Shown here: positions 48,454 to 57,382 of the stretch, one piece after another
How positions within the stretch are numbered: position 1 is the first letter of the stretch
Layout of the letters: every line of letters begins with the position of its first letter
Assembly: GCA_947627055.1 (NCBI GenBank)
Contig: CANQUS010000009.1
Location: 1,029-65,028 of the forward strand
From: an uncultured Clostridia bacterium
GTDB lineage: Bacteria; Bacillota; Clostridia; Oscillospirales; Acutalibacteraceae
DNA: 64,000 bases
Direction of reading: 5' to 3'
The notes under the pieces: model-generated
What the model saw: the letters and a program-made list of their open reading frames with translations, nothing else
Told to the model about the DNA's origin: nothing
Database searches by the model: none
Made by a program: the position numbers and the translations under genes

Positions 48454-49731
48454 TTACTTATCCTTATACACTATTTTTCCTCCGCAAATAGTGTATTTTA
48501 TGCGTGATTTAAGCATTTTTCCCTTAAACGGAGTATTTTTAGATTTTCCGTGCAGCTTGTTTTCGTCAACCGTCCATTCCTCGGTGGTATCAAAAAGTAC
48601 AATATCGGCTGGTGAACCTACAGAAAGCGTACCGCCGTTAATTCCGAGAATCTCTGCAGGAGCTGTTGACATAAGCCTTATGAGCTTATCAAGCGTCATA
48701 ATCCCCGTTTCCACAAGGGCGGTATAAGAGGCCGAAAAGGACGTTTCCATACCTATGCTCCCGTTCGGGGCTTTAACAAAGTCGGACTTTTCCTGCGGTG
48801 TATGTGGCGCGTGATCCGTGGCGATTGCGTCAATAGTCCCGTCAAGAAGCCCGTTTATTATCGCCCGCCTGTCATTTTCGTTCCTGAGCGGCGGGTTCAT
48901 TCTAAAGTCAGCGTCACGCTTCAGAAGGTCATCCTCCGTAAAGGTAAAGTAGTGAGGACAGGTTTCGGCGGTAACGTGAACTCCCCGTGCCTTAGCATCA
49001 CGAATCATTGCAGCTGAAACAGCCGTGCTTACATGGCATATATGTATGGGAACATTGTAGGCTTCAGAGAGTGCGATTTCTCTTGCTGTGCCTGTATCCT
49101 CTGCGGCTGCCGGAATACCTTTAATGCCAAGGAGTCTTGAAACCCTGCCCTCGTTGATTTTTCCGCCGTCAGCCAAAAATAAGTCCTCGCAGTGTGCCGT
49201 CACCGTAAGCCCAAGCTTGTCAGCCCTTTGCATAGCCTCCGCCATGAGCCTTGTGTTTACAACGGGTCTGCCGTCATCCGACAGTGCGACAGCTCCTGCC
49301 TCTTTAAGAGCGGCAATATCCGTTATTTCCTCGCTTTTAAGTCCCTTAGTTATTGCACCGACAACATAGACGCGGACATCGGCATCCTTAGCCTTATCGA
49401 GAATATATCTCACCGTCTCGGGCGAATCAGCGGCAGGTCTTGTATTCGGCATTGCAAGCAAGCTTGTTACACCGCCCGCAGCCGCGCTTTTACAGCCTGT
49501 AATGATGTCTTCCTTATCGGTAAACCCCGGATCGCGGAGGTGAACGTGCATATCCACGAGACCCGGCGCGGCATAGAGTCCCGCAGCATTGAGCATATCA
49601 CATTCGCACGATATATCCTTGCCGATTTCCGTGACAACACCGTTTTCAACAACAATATCGCATACCTCATCAAGCGATTGTGAGGGGTCAATTATATGGA
49701 CATTTTTAATGATCAGTTTATCCATAATCAT
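48454..49731 (-). CDS. pyrC: dihydroorotase
   Basis: 425-aa ORF with DMHVHLRDPG, HCED and ATDHAPH motifs. Confidence 0.9.
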   Translation of the reverse strand: MIMDKLIIKNVHIIDPSQSLDEVCDIVVENGVVTEIGKDISCECDMLNAAGLYAAPGLVDMHVHLRDPGFTDKEDIITGCKSAAAGGVTSLLAMPNTRPAADSPETVRYILDKAKDADVRVYVVGAITKGLKSEEITDIAALKEAGAVALSDDGRPVVNTRLMAEAMQRADKLGLTVTAHCEDLFLADGGKINEGRVSRLLGIKGIPAAAEDTGTAREIALSEAYNVPIHICHVSTAVSAAMIRDAKARGVHVTAETCPHYFTFTEDDLLKRDADFRMNPPLRNENDRRAIINGLLDGTIDAIATDHAPHTPQEKSDFVKAPNGSIGMETSFSASYTALVETGIMTLDKLIRLMSTAPAEILGINGGTLSVGSPADIVLFDTTEEWTVDENKLHGKSKNTPFKGKMLKSRIKYTICGGKIVYKDK

Positions 49732-49767
49732 AAATCAACCTTTCAGTAGTTTACTTGCAGATCATCG

Positions 49768-52323
49768 TTATTTTTTGCGGAGATTTTTCTTTTTGCCGCC
49801 GTTGCCGGTATGCAGCTTTACTGAGGATTCATCTCTCACGGACGGGTTTTTCTTTGCGGCATTAGTGGAACGCTGTGCCTGTGACTGACTTTGTGAGATA
49901 CTCTCCGGTGCGTTCTTGCCGAACAGCTTCTCGAATCGTGACTGCGGCTCCTCCGCTTTCGGCTTGCTATCGGAAACAGAGGCGTTGTCTGAAACGTCAT
50001 TCAGCTTAGGAATAGAGCTGCCGGGTTCTCTGTTATGAATATCCTGCTTATCACCTTGAATAGGCTTTTCAAATACAATACCCTCGTCAGTCTGTTCCTT
50101 TTGACTATTGTCAACGCCCTCAGCTTCGGCATAATTTTCCTCAGACGACTCGTTCCCTGCGTCTTTAGCAGTGTCGTTTTTAACTCCGAACAGCTTTTCA
50201 AATCGTGATTCGGATTTATCAGCATTTGCATTTACTTGAACTGTCAAAGGTACGTTTTCGTCACCGACGGTTGGAGAATTATTCCCAAATAGCTTTTCGT
50301 ATCTCGAAACTGACTGTTCGTCCTTATCCGATGCCTTTTGCGGAATAACTGGCGCAGACGCGGCAGGCGGAGTAACGTTCTTGGGAATAACAGGAACGGT
50401 TGTTCGAGTTTCCGCTTCGTCAGTTATGGAGACTGCGGCTTCCCCTTTTGCTTCAGACGGCTTTTGCTCGGTGGCAACTTCTTCCTCCGGTTCAAAAGCG
50501 TCCTCGTCGATCTCAGGAACTACGGCACGCTTTATCTTGCCTAAGAAAGATTTAAGGGAGCTTTCCTTTGTATCATGAGCATTATTCTGAGCGACAGGCT
50601 TTTCGGGTTTCGCTTTTGTAGGGATTTCCGTTGCCTGAATTTCCTCTGTTGCTTCTATTTCCGTCTGTTCAAAGGTGATCTGTCCCTCGATAGGTTGTCT
50701 TTCCCCCGACATCTCGTCCACATCGTTTGAGACAGCCTCTTTCTCAGCGGACAGCTCGTTCACAGCTTCTGCTTCTGAAGCTTCTTCATTCGATTCCAAA
50801 AGATTTTTTGTTTCATTGGGAACAGTAATAGTTTCTGTCGTCAGATTGATGCCTGCTTCCTCCGGAGTTATCATAACAGGCGCAGTCACATCGGCAGTCA
50901 TAAATTCAACCGAGCCGGGAGGTGTGTACCTAGGAGCCTTAGGAGCAGCAGTATCAGCAGACTTTTTGCTTTTTGCGGTCGAGCTGTATATCTCTGCCTT
51001 TTCCGTCAATGGTTGGGTTTCAAAAAGCTCAAAGTCCTCAGATGTATATTGGGAGGATTTTTGCGGTATTTCCTCATCCTTTTTTCCCCCCTGCTGTCCT
51101 TGCAGCGTGGCAGCCTTACTTTCCTCAAACTCCGTGGCAGCCTCTGAGAGCTTTTTGCTTACTTTGGAAATGTTTTCGTCCGCTTCCTCGGCAAGAAGTT
51201 TATTTTTCCTTGCACGTTTTGCGAGTAAAGCTATCAGAACAACAAAGAGAACTGCGCAAACCGCGGCAGTTGCGATAGTGATAATTTTAAGATCGGTTAT
51301 CTCCTTTGAGTTATCCTCATGTACTGCAGGCGGATCGACGTCGGTGAACGATACGCTTTTCATAACTGCCTCAATAATCGACATTTGATCGGCAGTAAGT
51401 TCCTTTCCGCGCGTCTGGAGCGTTATGGTAATTTTTTGTCCGTTGACAATAGTGTAATTCTGAATACCCGCTATTTCGTTATTGTCGTCATCAGTCGAAT
51501 GATAGTTAAGGCTGAGGTATAGAGCGTCACCGTACTTTTTCTGGGTACAGGAGGTATATTCATTCTGTTCAGTCAATGATTTTGTGATGTCGATCAGATC
51601 CTTGTCCTCAAGCTCTGTAAAGTTGTTGATGGTTTTACTGTCATCGTCCTCTGTCATGGTGACAGTTATATCATATGAAAAGTCCTCAGGAGACGCCTTG
51701 ATATACATATTAGATTTTCTTAATGACTCAACAGCCTCTTTTTCTGTCATATTGAATACCTTGAGCGCCTTTTCGTTCTGTTCCCCGCTCCTCAATATTG
51801 CGTAAACATCATTCGGGAGAGCAATGTTCATTTTGAGTTGTGTCAGCCTATAGTTTATCAGGGGGATCTCAGAGTTTTTATCATTCGATGAGGTCTTTGA
51901 ATTTTCTGAGGATCCCTCGGACCTGCTGCTCGACTCCTCGCTTGGTTCCTCACTCGGCTTCTCGCTTGATTCCTCACTCGGCTCCTCACTTGATTCCTCA
52001 CTCGATTCCTCACTCGATTCCTCACTCGATTCCTCACTCGGTTCCTCACTAGGCTCCTCACTTGATTCCTCACTTGGTTCCTCACTCGGTTCCTCACTGT
52101 ATGTTGTTTCAGTCGGTACAAAGTATCCATAGGAATTTAGGGTATAGTATGTTATATTGCCGTATTCGTCCTCTATATACGCATTACCCTTTGCGTCATA
52201 TTTTATGTTTTCCTCTACATACGGGTCATAGCCTGTAACGCTGTCGGGTTCGGCAAAAACCGTAAAGGACAGCACACTTGACGCAATAATAAGTGACGTT
52301 AAAATTGCCGTAAAACGCTTCAT
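49768..52323 (-). CDS. hypothetical single-pass membrane protein with SEEP repeats and a long disordered tail
   Basis: 851-aa ORF. In order: signal peptide, SEEP/SEES tract, ~200-aa globular region, TM (IITIATAAVCAVLFVVLIALLA-KRARK), ~470-aa low-complexity tail with three SR[FY]EKLFG motifs, and a basic C-terminus. Confidence 0.7.
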   Translation of the reverse strand: MKRFTAILTSLIIASSVLSFTVFAEPDSVTGYDPYVEENIKYDAKGNAYIEDEYGNITYYTLNSYGYFVPTETTYSEEPSEEPSEESSEEPSEEPSEESSEESSEESSEESSEEPSEESSEKPSEEPSEESSSRSEGSSENSKTSSNDKNSEIPLINYRLTQLKMNIALPNDVYAILRSGEQNEKALKVFNMTEKEAVESLRKSNMYIKASPEDFSYDITVTMTEDDDSKTINNFTELEDKDLIDITKSLTEQNEYTSCTQKKYGDALYLSLNYHSTDDDNNEIAGIQNYTIVNGQKITITLQTRGKELTADQMSIIEAVMKSVSFTDVDPPAVHEDNSKEITDLKIITIATAAVCAVLFVVLIALLAKRARKNKLLAEEADENISKVSKKLSEAATEFEESKAATLQGQQGGKKDEEIPQKSSQYTSEDFELFETQPLTEKAEIYSSTAKSKKSADTAAPKAPRYTPPGSVEFMTADVTAPVMITPEEAGINLTTETITVPNETKNLLESNEEASEAEAVNELSAEKEAVSNDVDEMSGERQPIEGQITFEQTEIEATEEIQATEIPTKAKPEKPVAQNNAHDTKESSLKSFLGKIKRAVVPEIDEDAFEPEEEVATEQKPSEAKGEAAVSITDEAETRTTVPVIPKNVTPPAASAPVIPQKASDKDEQSVSRYEKLFGNNSPTVGDENVPLTVQVNANADKSESRFEKLFGVKNDTAKDAGNESSEENYAEAEGVDNSQKEQTDEGIVFEKPIQGDKQDIHNREPGSSIPKLNDVSDNASVSDSKPKAEEPQSRFEKLFGKNAPESISQSQSQAQRSTNAAKKNPSVRDESSVKLHTGNGGKKKNLRKK
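51928..52098 (-). repeat. in-frame 12-nt tandem coding repeat (S-E-E-P/S)
   Basis: About 14 consecutive units of ttcctcactcg(a/g)-type sequence. Confidence 0.85.
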
Positions 52324-52709
52324 AATGATTACCTCCGTTTCTTCGGCTTATGGACTTATGTTTAATATTCATGTAATATTCATTATGTTATTATTATACT
52401 TTATGTTGTCGAAAAAGACAAGTCCTTGACGCTTTTAGTTTGTATCAAGTAATTTTTGGAGCATTATCTGGCGTTTTTAAGCGTCGCAAACGAGTGTAGG
52501 CTATATAGTTATGACGTCTAACGCTTGATGTATATATACACTAATTAAAGCAGCCAACCTCAAAAGAAGTAAATTTTAAATTTCCGCCAAGCCATTTTAA
52601 AAGGGTTTGAGGTTAATTTATACAATAGTAACAAGCTTGTAATTGAAAAAGTTGTTTAAAACATGTATACTATGTACGTAATTTAGCGTATAGAAGGACG
52701 GTGAAGCTT

Positions 52710-53252
52710 ATGGCTATAATAAATAAAAAGAAGATTTTAATTTCCGTTGTTTTTCTTTTCGCTGTTATTTCCGTCACCTCTGTTATTGTCATTATCCTTG
52801 TAAGAATGGGGTTTGGTATATCCCCATCGAAAAACGAATCTAAAAAAGATTTTACTACCGATGAGATTGTTTACACCATAATCGACAAGCTCGATTATAC
52901 GTCACTGTCAAAAGTAAGCTCGGATAATATTTCAAAATATTATGACATAGATGACATCCTGATCGCAGACGCTACGGTTTATATTTCAAGCAAAGACGAG
53001 TCCTTTTCTGAAATCTCCTGCTTTAAGCTGACAGACAGTTCCAAATATCAACAGGTTGAAACCGCTATTAAAAATCATCTCAGCTTCAGCAATGTAAATC
53101 TACAGGATTTTAACCCACAGGAAAGCAAAAAGCTTAACGAAAGTAAGATAGAATACTGTGAACCGTATGTCCTAGTAATTGTCTCGGATAACAGCAGCAG
53201 TGCCGCAGCAATATTCAAGGATTTAGTTACGGGAAAATCGGAGACCGCTTAA
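52710..53252 (+). CDS. hypothetical membrane-anchored protein (DUF4358-like, tentative)
   Basis: AT-rich ORF with an N-terminal TM. ATG 52710 (MAIINKKK); the track ORF starts at GTG 52701. Confidence 0.55.
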   Translation: MAIINKKKILISVVFLFAVISVTSVIVIILVRMGFGISPSKNESKKDFTTDEIVYTIIDKLDYTSLSKVSSDNISKYYDIDDILIADATVYISSKDESFSEISCFKLTDSSKYQQVETAIKNHLSFSNVNLQDFNPQESKKLNESKIEYCEPYVLVIVSDNSSSAAAIFKDLVTGKSETA

Positions 53253-53260
53253 AAACGATA

Positions 53261-53311
53261 ATACAACGTGCAATAGCAACTTTCAGTTTGATATTGCACG
53301 TTGTATATTTT
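53261..53311 (+). terminator. rho-independent terminator
   Basis: 15-bp stem atacaacgtgcaata / tattgcacgttgtat followed by atttt. Confidence 0.75.
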
Positions 53312-53410
53312 GCGTACCTGATAATAAATAAAAATTTTCGCTCTTTCTCGATGCTATGAAAGTACAGGTATTTTTTATCATAGATTTTAAGGAGATAGGA
53401 GTGATATTGA

Positions 53411-54841
53411 TTGAAAATTGCTGCCGCATATATACGAGTATCTACCGACGACCAGATCGAATATTCGCCCGCCTCTCAGCTTGAAAAGATAAGGGAATAC
53501 GCACAGCGCAACGGATATATTCTGCCGCAGGAATATATTTTTGCCGACGAGGGGCTGTCAGGCAGACACACCGAAAAGCGTCCGGAATTTAACAGAATGA
53601 TAGGCATCGCAAAGCAAAAGCCAAAGCCCTTTGACGCTATACTGCTATGGAAGTTCAGCCGTTTCGCGCGAAACCGCGAGGACAGCATCGTTTACAAATC
53701 CATGCTCCGCAAGCAATGCGGTATAGACGTTATTTCCATCTCCGAAAATATTGGTGATGACAAAATGTCCATACTCATCGAGGCAATGATTGAGGCAATG
53801 GACGAATATTACTCGATAAACCTCGCGGAGGAAGTAAAACGAGGCATGAATGAGAAGGTCAATCGCGGAGAAGCCATTACAATTCCCTCATTCGGTTACG
53901 ATATTAAAAACGGAATGTATGTACCGAACGCAGAAGCGACTCCTGTTGTGCAAGAGATTTTTAATGATTTTTTGGACGGTATAGGTATGAGAGCTATTGC
54001 CGCCAAGCTTAACGACAGGGGACTCCGCACAAGACGCGGAAACCTCTTTGAAAACAGAACCGTTGAATACATATTGAAAAATCCTGTTTATATCGGAAAG
54101 CTGCGCTGGACACCCGATAGAAAGTCCCGAGAAACCTTTGACATCTCCGACACAATGATAGTGGACGGCCGACACGAGGCAATTATTGACATGGCAACAT
54201 GGCAAGCGGTTCAAAGAAAGCTGTCATCATCACCAAAGGTCAAGTATATGCGCAGCAGCTCGCCCGTTGAGCCATTTATGCTTCAGGGTCTTGTAAGATG
54301 CAGTAATTGCGGCTCTACACTATGTATGTCTGCAAAGCATTCTTCATTGCAATGTCACGCTTATGCACACGGAAGGTGCAAAATATCGCACAGCATTACA
54401 ATAAAAAAAATCAATAAAATGCTTATAGAGTCGATTGAAAAGTCAGCTTTAACGGGTATCTGTAAAATCAATATAAACTTAAAATCAACTACGGTCAACA
54501 ACTCTCAAAGTATTATAAATACGATAGCTCGTGAACGCAAACGGTTAGAACGCATAAAGGATGCATACGAAAACGGCTTATATACTCTTGATGAGTTCAG
54601 GATAAAGCATTCCGAAATAGACAGTAAAATCGCTTTACTCGAGGGTGAATTAGCTGAAAAGCCCGACAAAGATCCGTACGCCGAACGCAGAAAGCTTAAT
54701 GATAAGAGCCTTGACATTATCCCCGCATTAAAATCCTCATCAACACCCGAGGAGGAAAAAAGCTGTTTAATCAAATCCTTTATTGAGAAGATAATATTTT
54801 ACAGAGCCGCTTGTGACTTGGACATATTTTTATACAGCTAA
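53411..54841 (+). CDS. large serine recombinase
   Basis: 476-aa ORF with catalytic-serine motif AAYIRVSTDDQ, a resolvase domain, a recombinase domain and a Cys-rich zinc ribbon (CSNCGSTLC...CHAYAHGRC), followed by a coiled-coil tail. Confidence 0.9.
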   Translation: MKIAAAYIRVSTDDQIEYSPASQLEKIREYAQRNGYILPQEYIFADEGLSGRHTEKRPEFNRMIGIAKQKPKPFDAILLWKFSRFARNREDSIVYKSMLRKQCGIDVISISENIGDDKMSILIEAMIEAMDEYYSINLAEEVKRGMNEKVNRGEAITIPSFGYDIKNGMYVPNAEATPVVQEIFNDFLDGIGMRAIAAKLNDRGLRTRRGNLFENRTVEYILKNPVYIGKLRWTPDRKSRETFDISDTMIVDGRHEAIIDMATWQAVQRKLSSSPKVKYMRSSSPVEPFMLQGLVRCSNCGSTLCMSAKHSSLQCHAYAHGRCKISHSITIKKINKMLIESIEKSALTGICKININLKSTTVNNSQSIINTIARERKRLERIKDAYENGLYTLDEFRIKHSEIDSKIALLEGELAEKPDKDPYAERRKLNDKSLDIIPALKSSSTPEEEKSCLIKSFIEKIIFYRAACDLDIFLYS

Positions 54842-55394
54842 AAAACATATCCTTTCACAGTACGGCGGTCCGGACGGAGAACTTGGCGCATCACTGCGCT
54901 ATCTCAGCCAGAGGTTTTCCATGCCTTATCCTGAGCTGAAAGCTATTTTAACGGATATAGGCACGGAAGAATTAGCCCACCTAGAGATGATAGGTGCGAT
55001 AGTCTATCAGCTCACGAGAAACCTGACGCCCGAGCAAATAGAAAAAGCGGGATTCAGCGATTATTTCGTTGACCATACTACGGGTGTTTATCCTCAATCT
55101 GCCGGAGGCTCTCCGTATACAGCAGCTTCAATGCAGGTAAAGGGCGATACTATAACCGATATACACGAGGATATGGCAGCAGAGCAAAAGGCTCGCAGCA
55201 CTTATGACAATATACTGCGATTCTGCGACGACCCCGATGTTATAGATCCTATACGCTTCTTGCGCGAAAGGGAAATAGTCCACTACCAACGCTTCGGCGA
55301 GGGTCTGCGAATTGCAACGGATAAGCTAGACAGCAAGAACTTCTACGCTTTCAACCCGAGCTTCGATAAATGTGAGGTCAAAAAGAAAAAGTAA
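54813..55394 (+). CDS. cotJC: CotJC-like manganese catalase family protein, N-terminally truncated relative to the family (possible pseudogene or split gene)
   Basis: QYGGPDGELGASLRYLSQRF...TEELAHLEM...REREIVH. The only available start is GTG 54813, which has no Shine-Dalgarno. An in-frame stop lies at 54792-54794. The usual MWxYEKKLxYPV N-terminus is missing. Confidence 0.7.
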   Translation: MTWTYFYTAKKHILSQYGGPDGELGASLRYLSQRFSMPYPELKAILTDIGTEELAHLEMIGAIVYQLTRNLTPEQIEKAGFSDYFVDHTTGVYPQSAGGSPYTAASMQVKGDTITDIHEDMAAEQKARSTYDNILRFCDDPDVIDPIRFLREREIVHYQRFGEGLRIATDKLDSKNFYAFNPSFDKCEVKKKK

Positions 55395-55416
55395 AATAAC
55401 AAGGGCTGCCCGCAGT

Positions 55417-55770
55417 TTGCACAGCTCCGTAAAAAGTAGACAATAGAAAAAAGGGACCTCCTATGGTAGAATTAAAGAAGCAACCATAGGAGGTTTTAAT
55501 ATGTCGAAAAAATATCAAAACATTAAACAGTATGAAAACATGATATTAGAGTTAAAAAGCCAAGGATCCACACACAGAGAAATCGGAGAAAAACTAGGGC
55601 TTAGATATATACAAGTAAAAAAATGTGTAGAACGATATAACAAAAGGCAACGCATGATAAAAGCAGGAAAAGAACTACACAAAAGAGGACATCCAAGTAC
55701 AAAAGAAGGAGAACTGCCACCGTCAATCCAGCGGTTGACAAATCTTACACAGATCTATATAATTTTATAA
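55417..55770 (+). mobile_element. IS3-family (IS150-like) remnant: putative left end plus a truncated OrfA
   Basis: The TG-initiated end tgcacagctccgtaaaaagtagacaat resembles IS150-group terminal repeats (recalled from memory, not checked). The 89-aa ORF has an HTH (STHREIGEKLGLRYIQVKKCV) and a KRGHP motif, then breaks off. No OrfB/DDE part is present. Confidence 0.55.
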
Positions 55771-55860
55771 GAGCAAAAAAACTGTATTCAAGCGGCACGG
55801 AAAGCATTATATTGATGAAATGAAACACTATCATTGAAGCAAAGGCAGGCAACGTCCGAT

Positions 55861-56646
55861 ATGAAGATTATTGATTTCCATACCCATATTTACCCTCAAA
55901 GCATAGCAACGAAAGCCACGCAGAGTACCTGCGATTTCTACAATCTAACAACAGATATTGTCGGCACGACACATGAGCTCCTTGCCGAAGGTCATAAAGC
56001 GGGTATCTCAGGTTTCGTATTATTGCCGATCGTTATAAAACCTGAGCAGACACGCCATATCAATCAGTTCATTATTGAGGAAACAAAATCACACTCGGAA
56101 TTTTATGGCTTTGGCACTGTTCATGCCGCTATGGATAATATCCTCGAAGAAATTGAATTTATTAAGAGGAGCGGTTTGAAAGGGGTTAAACTCCACCCGG
56201 ATATTCAACAAACAGACATTGACGACCCGAGGCTGTTTCCTATGTATGACTTGCTGCAGGATGATCTTCCTATTCTCATTCATTGTGGAGATCCCCGTCA
56301 TGATTATTCTCATCCCCGCCGCCTGCGGCGAATACTTGACACATTCCCAAGACTGCAAGTCATAGCCGCGCATTTGGGAGGATGGTCATTATTTGAGACA
56401 GCTTTAACATATCTGAAAGACACGAACTGCTTTTTCGACATATCGAGCTGCTCCCCTTTTATGACGTCCGAGCAATTGACAAGGTATATTTGCATTTATG
56501 GGTCAGATCGAGTATTATTTGGTTCTGATTTTCCACTCTGGTCGCCAAAGAAAGAGGTGGATACATTCCTTAAGCTTCCCTTAAATTTAGAGGACAAAGA
56601 AAAAATAGCCTGTCGCAACGCGCTTGAGATTTTAAAAGAGGTATAG
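55861..56646 (+). CDS. amidohydrolase-2 family metal-dependent hydrolase
   Basis: MKIIDFHTHIYP... TIM-barrel hydrolase signature. The track ORF starts at TTG 55834. Confidence 0.75.
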   Translation: MKIIDFHTHIYPQSIATKATQSTCDFYNLTTDIVGTTHELLAEGHKAGISGFVLLPIVIKPEQTRHINQFIIEETKSHSEFYGFGTVHAAMDNILEEIEFIKRSGLKGVKLHPDIQQTDIDDPRLFPMYDLLQDDLPILIHCGDPRHDYSHPRRLRRILDTFPRLQVIAAHLGGWSLFETALTYLKDTNCFFDISSCSPFMTSEQLTRYICIYGSDRVLFGSDFPLWSPKKEVDTFLKLPLNLEDKEKIACRNALEILKEV

Positions 56647-56856
56647 GCTGTTCATATATTATATTTGATTTTACCTGACGTCGGCTATGCTGCAGCGTGG
56701 CAGTCATTACATATACGTGAAATGATCAGACAGAGCCTTCCCGATCTCGTATATATTTTATACCTTATCCTGCTTTATATCATAGCACATTTGGCTTTAT
56801 CCGTAAATATACAGGCGAAAACGCAATGCCGTAACTCGGGTATTTACAGTATACGT

Positions 56857-57270
56857 TTATTCGTTTTCACTTAAAAGCTCTCTTATGCGGTCGATCTTCC
56901 CCGAAAGATACAAATATCCGAGCAGTGCTTCAAAAGCGGTCGCGGAATGATAGTCGGCGACGGTCGCGTTTTTGGGGACGTGTTGAGTGTGAGCATTTCT
57001 GCCTCGCTTCAATACGTCTCTTTCTTCCTCAGTGAGGTAAGGGAAAAGCTTTTCAACAAGCCTTGCCTGAGATGAGCAGCGTACAATGGACACCTTTTCC
57101 TCATTTAGCTTTTTTACGGGTCTGTTCGCCTCGCAGACAAGCCTTTCGCGCACAAAAAGGTCATAGACACCGTCACCCAAAAACGCCAGGGTGAGCGGAC
57201 TCATACTTTTAGGTTCGCAGGGCGAATTTTCAAGTCTTGACATCATAACGCTCCTATTTTGGAAACACAT
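56857..57270 (-). CDS. mrnC: mini-ribonuclease III
   Basis: 137-aa ORF with LAFLGDGVYDLFVRERL. Confidence 0.85.
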   Translation of the reverse strand: MCFQNRSVMMSRLENSPCEPKSMSPLTLAFLGDGVYDLFVRERLVCEANRPVKKLNEEKVSIVRCSSQARLVEKLFPYLTEEERDVLKRGRNAHTQHVPKNATVADYHSATAFEALLGYLYLSGKIDRIRELLSENE

Positions 57271-57382
57271 ATCATTAACAAGCGCTTCCCGAAAAATCTA
57301 TTGATATTATACCTCTGCCGCCGAATATTGTCAAACTGAGTGTACGACTATGCGGCAAATCCATCAAAGCTCTCAAAAATTG

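Noticed and set aside
50675-51388. 237-aa ORF, and several shorter ones, antisense to the 851-aa gene
   Set aside because: These are Ser-rich mirror frames of a Glu/Ser/Ala-rich low-complexity coding region. They are shadow ORFs.
51840-52130. Regular short repeats that could be mistaken for a CRISPR array
   Set aside because: The units are 12 nt, contiguous with no spacers, and in frame inside a long ORF (SEEP tract). No cas genes are in the window.
54813-54841. MTWTY at the start of the truncated cotJC ORF resembling the family N-terminus MWxY, which would imply an internal deletion rather than an insertion junction
   Set aside because: These codons overlap the recombinase C-terminus and lack an RBS. 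The resemblance covers too few residues to distinguish from chance. It is kept only as a note under the main finding.
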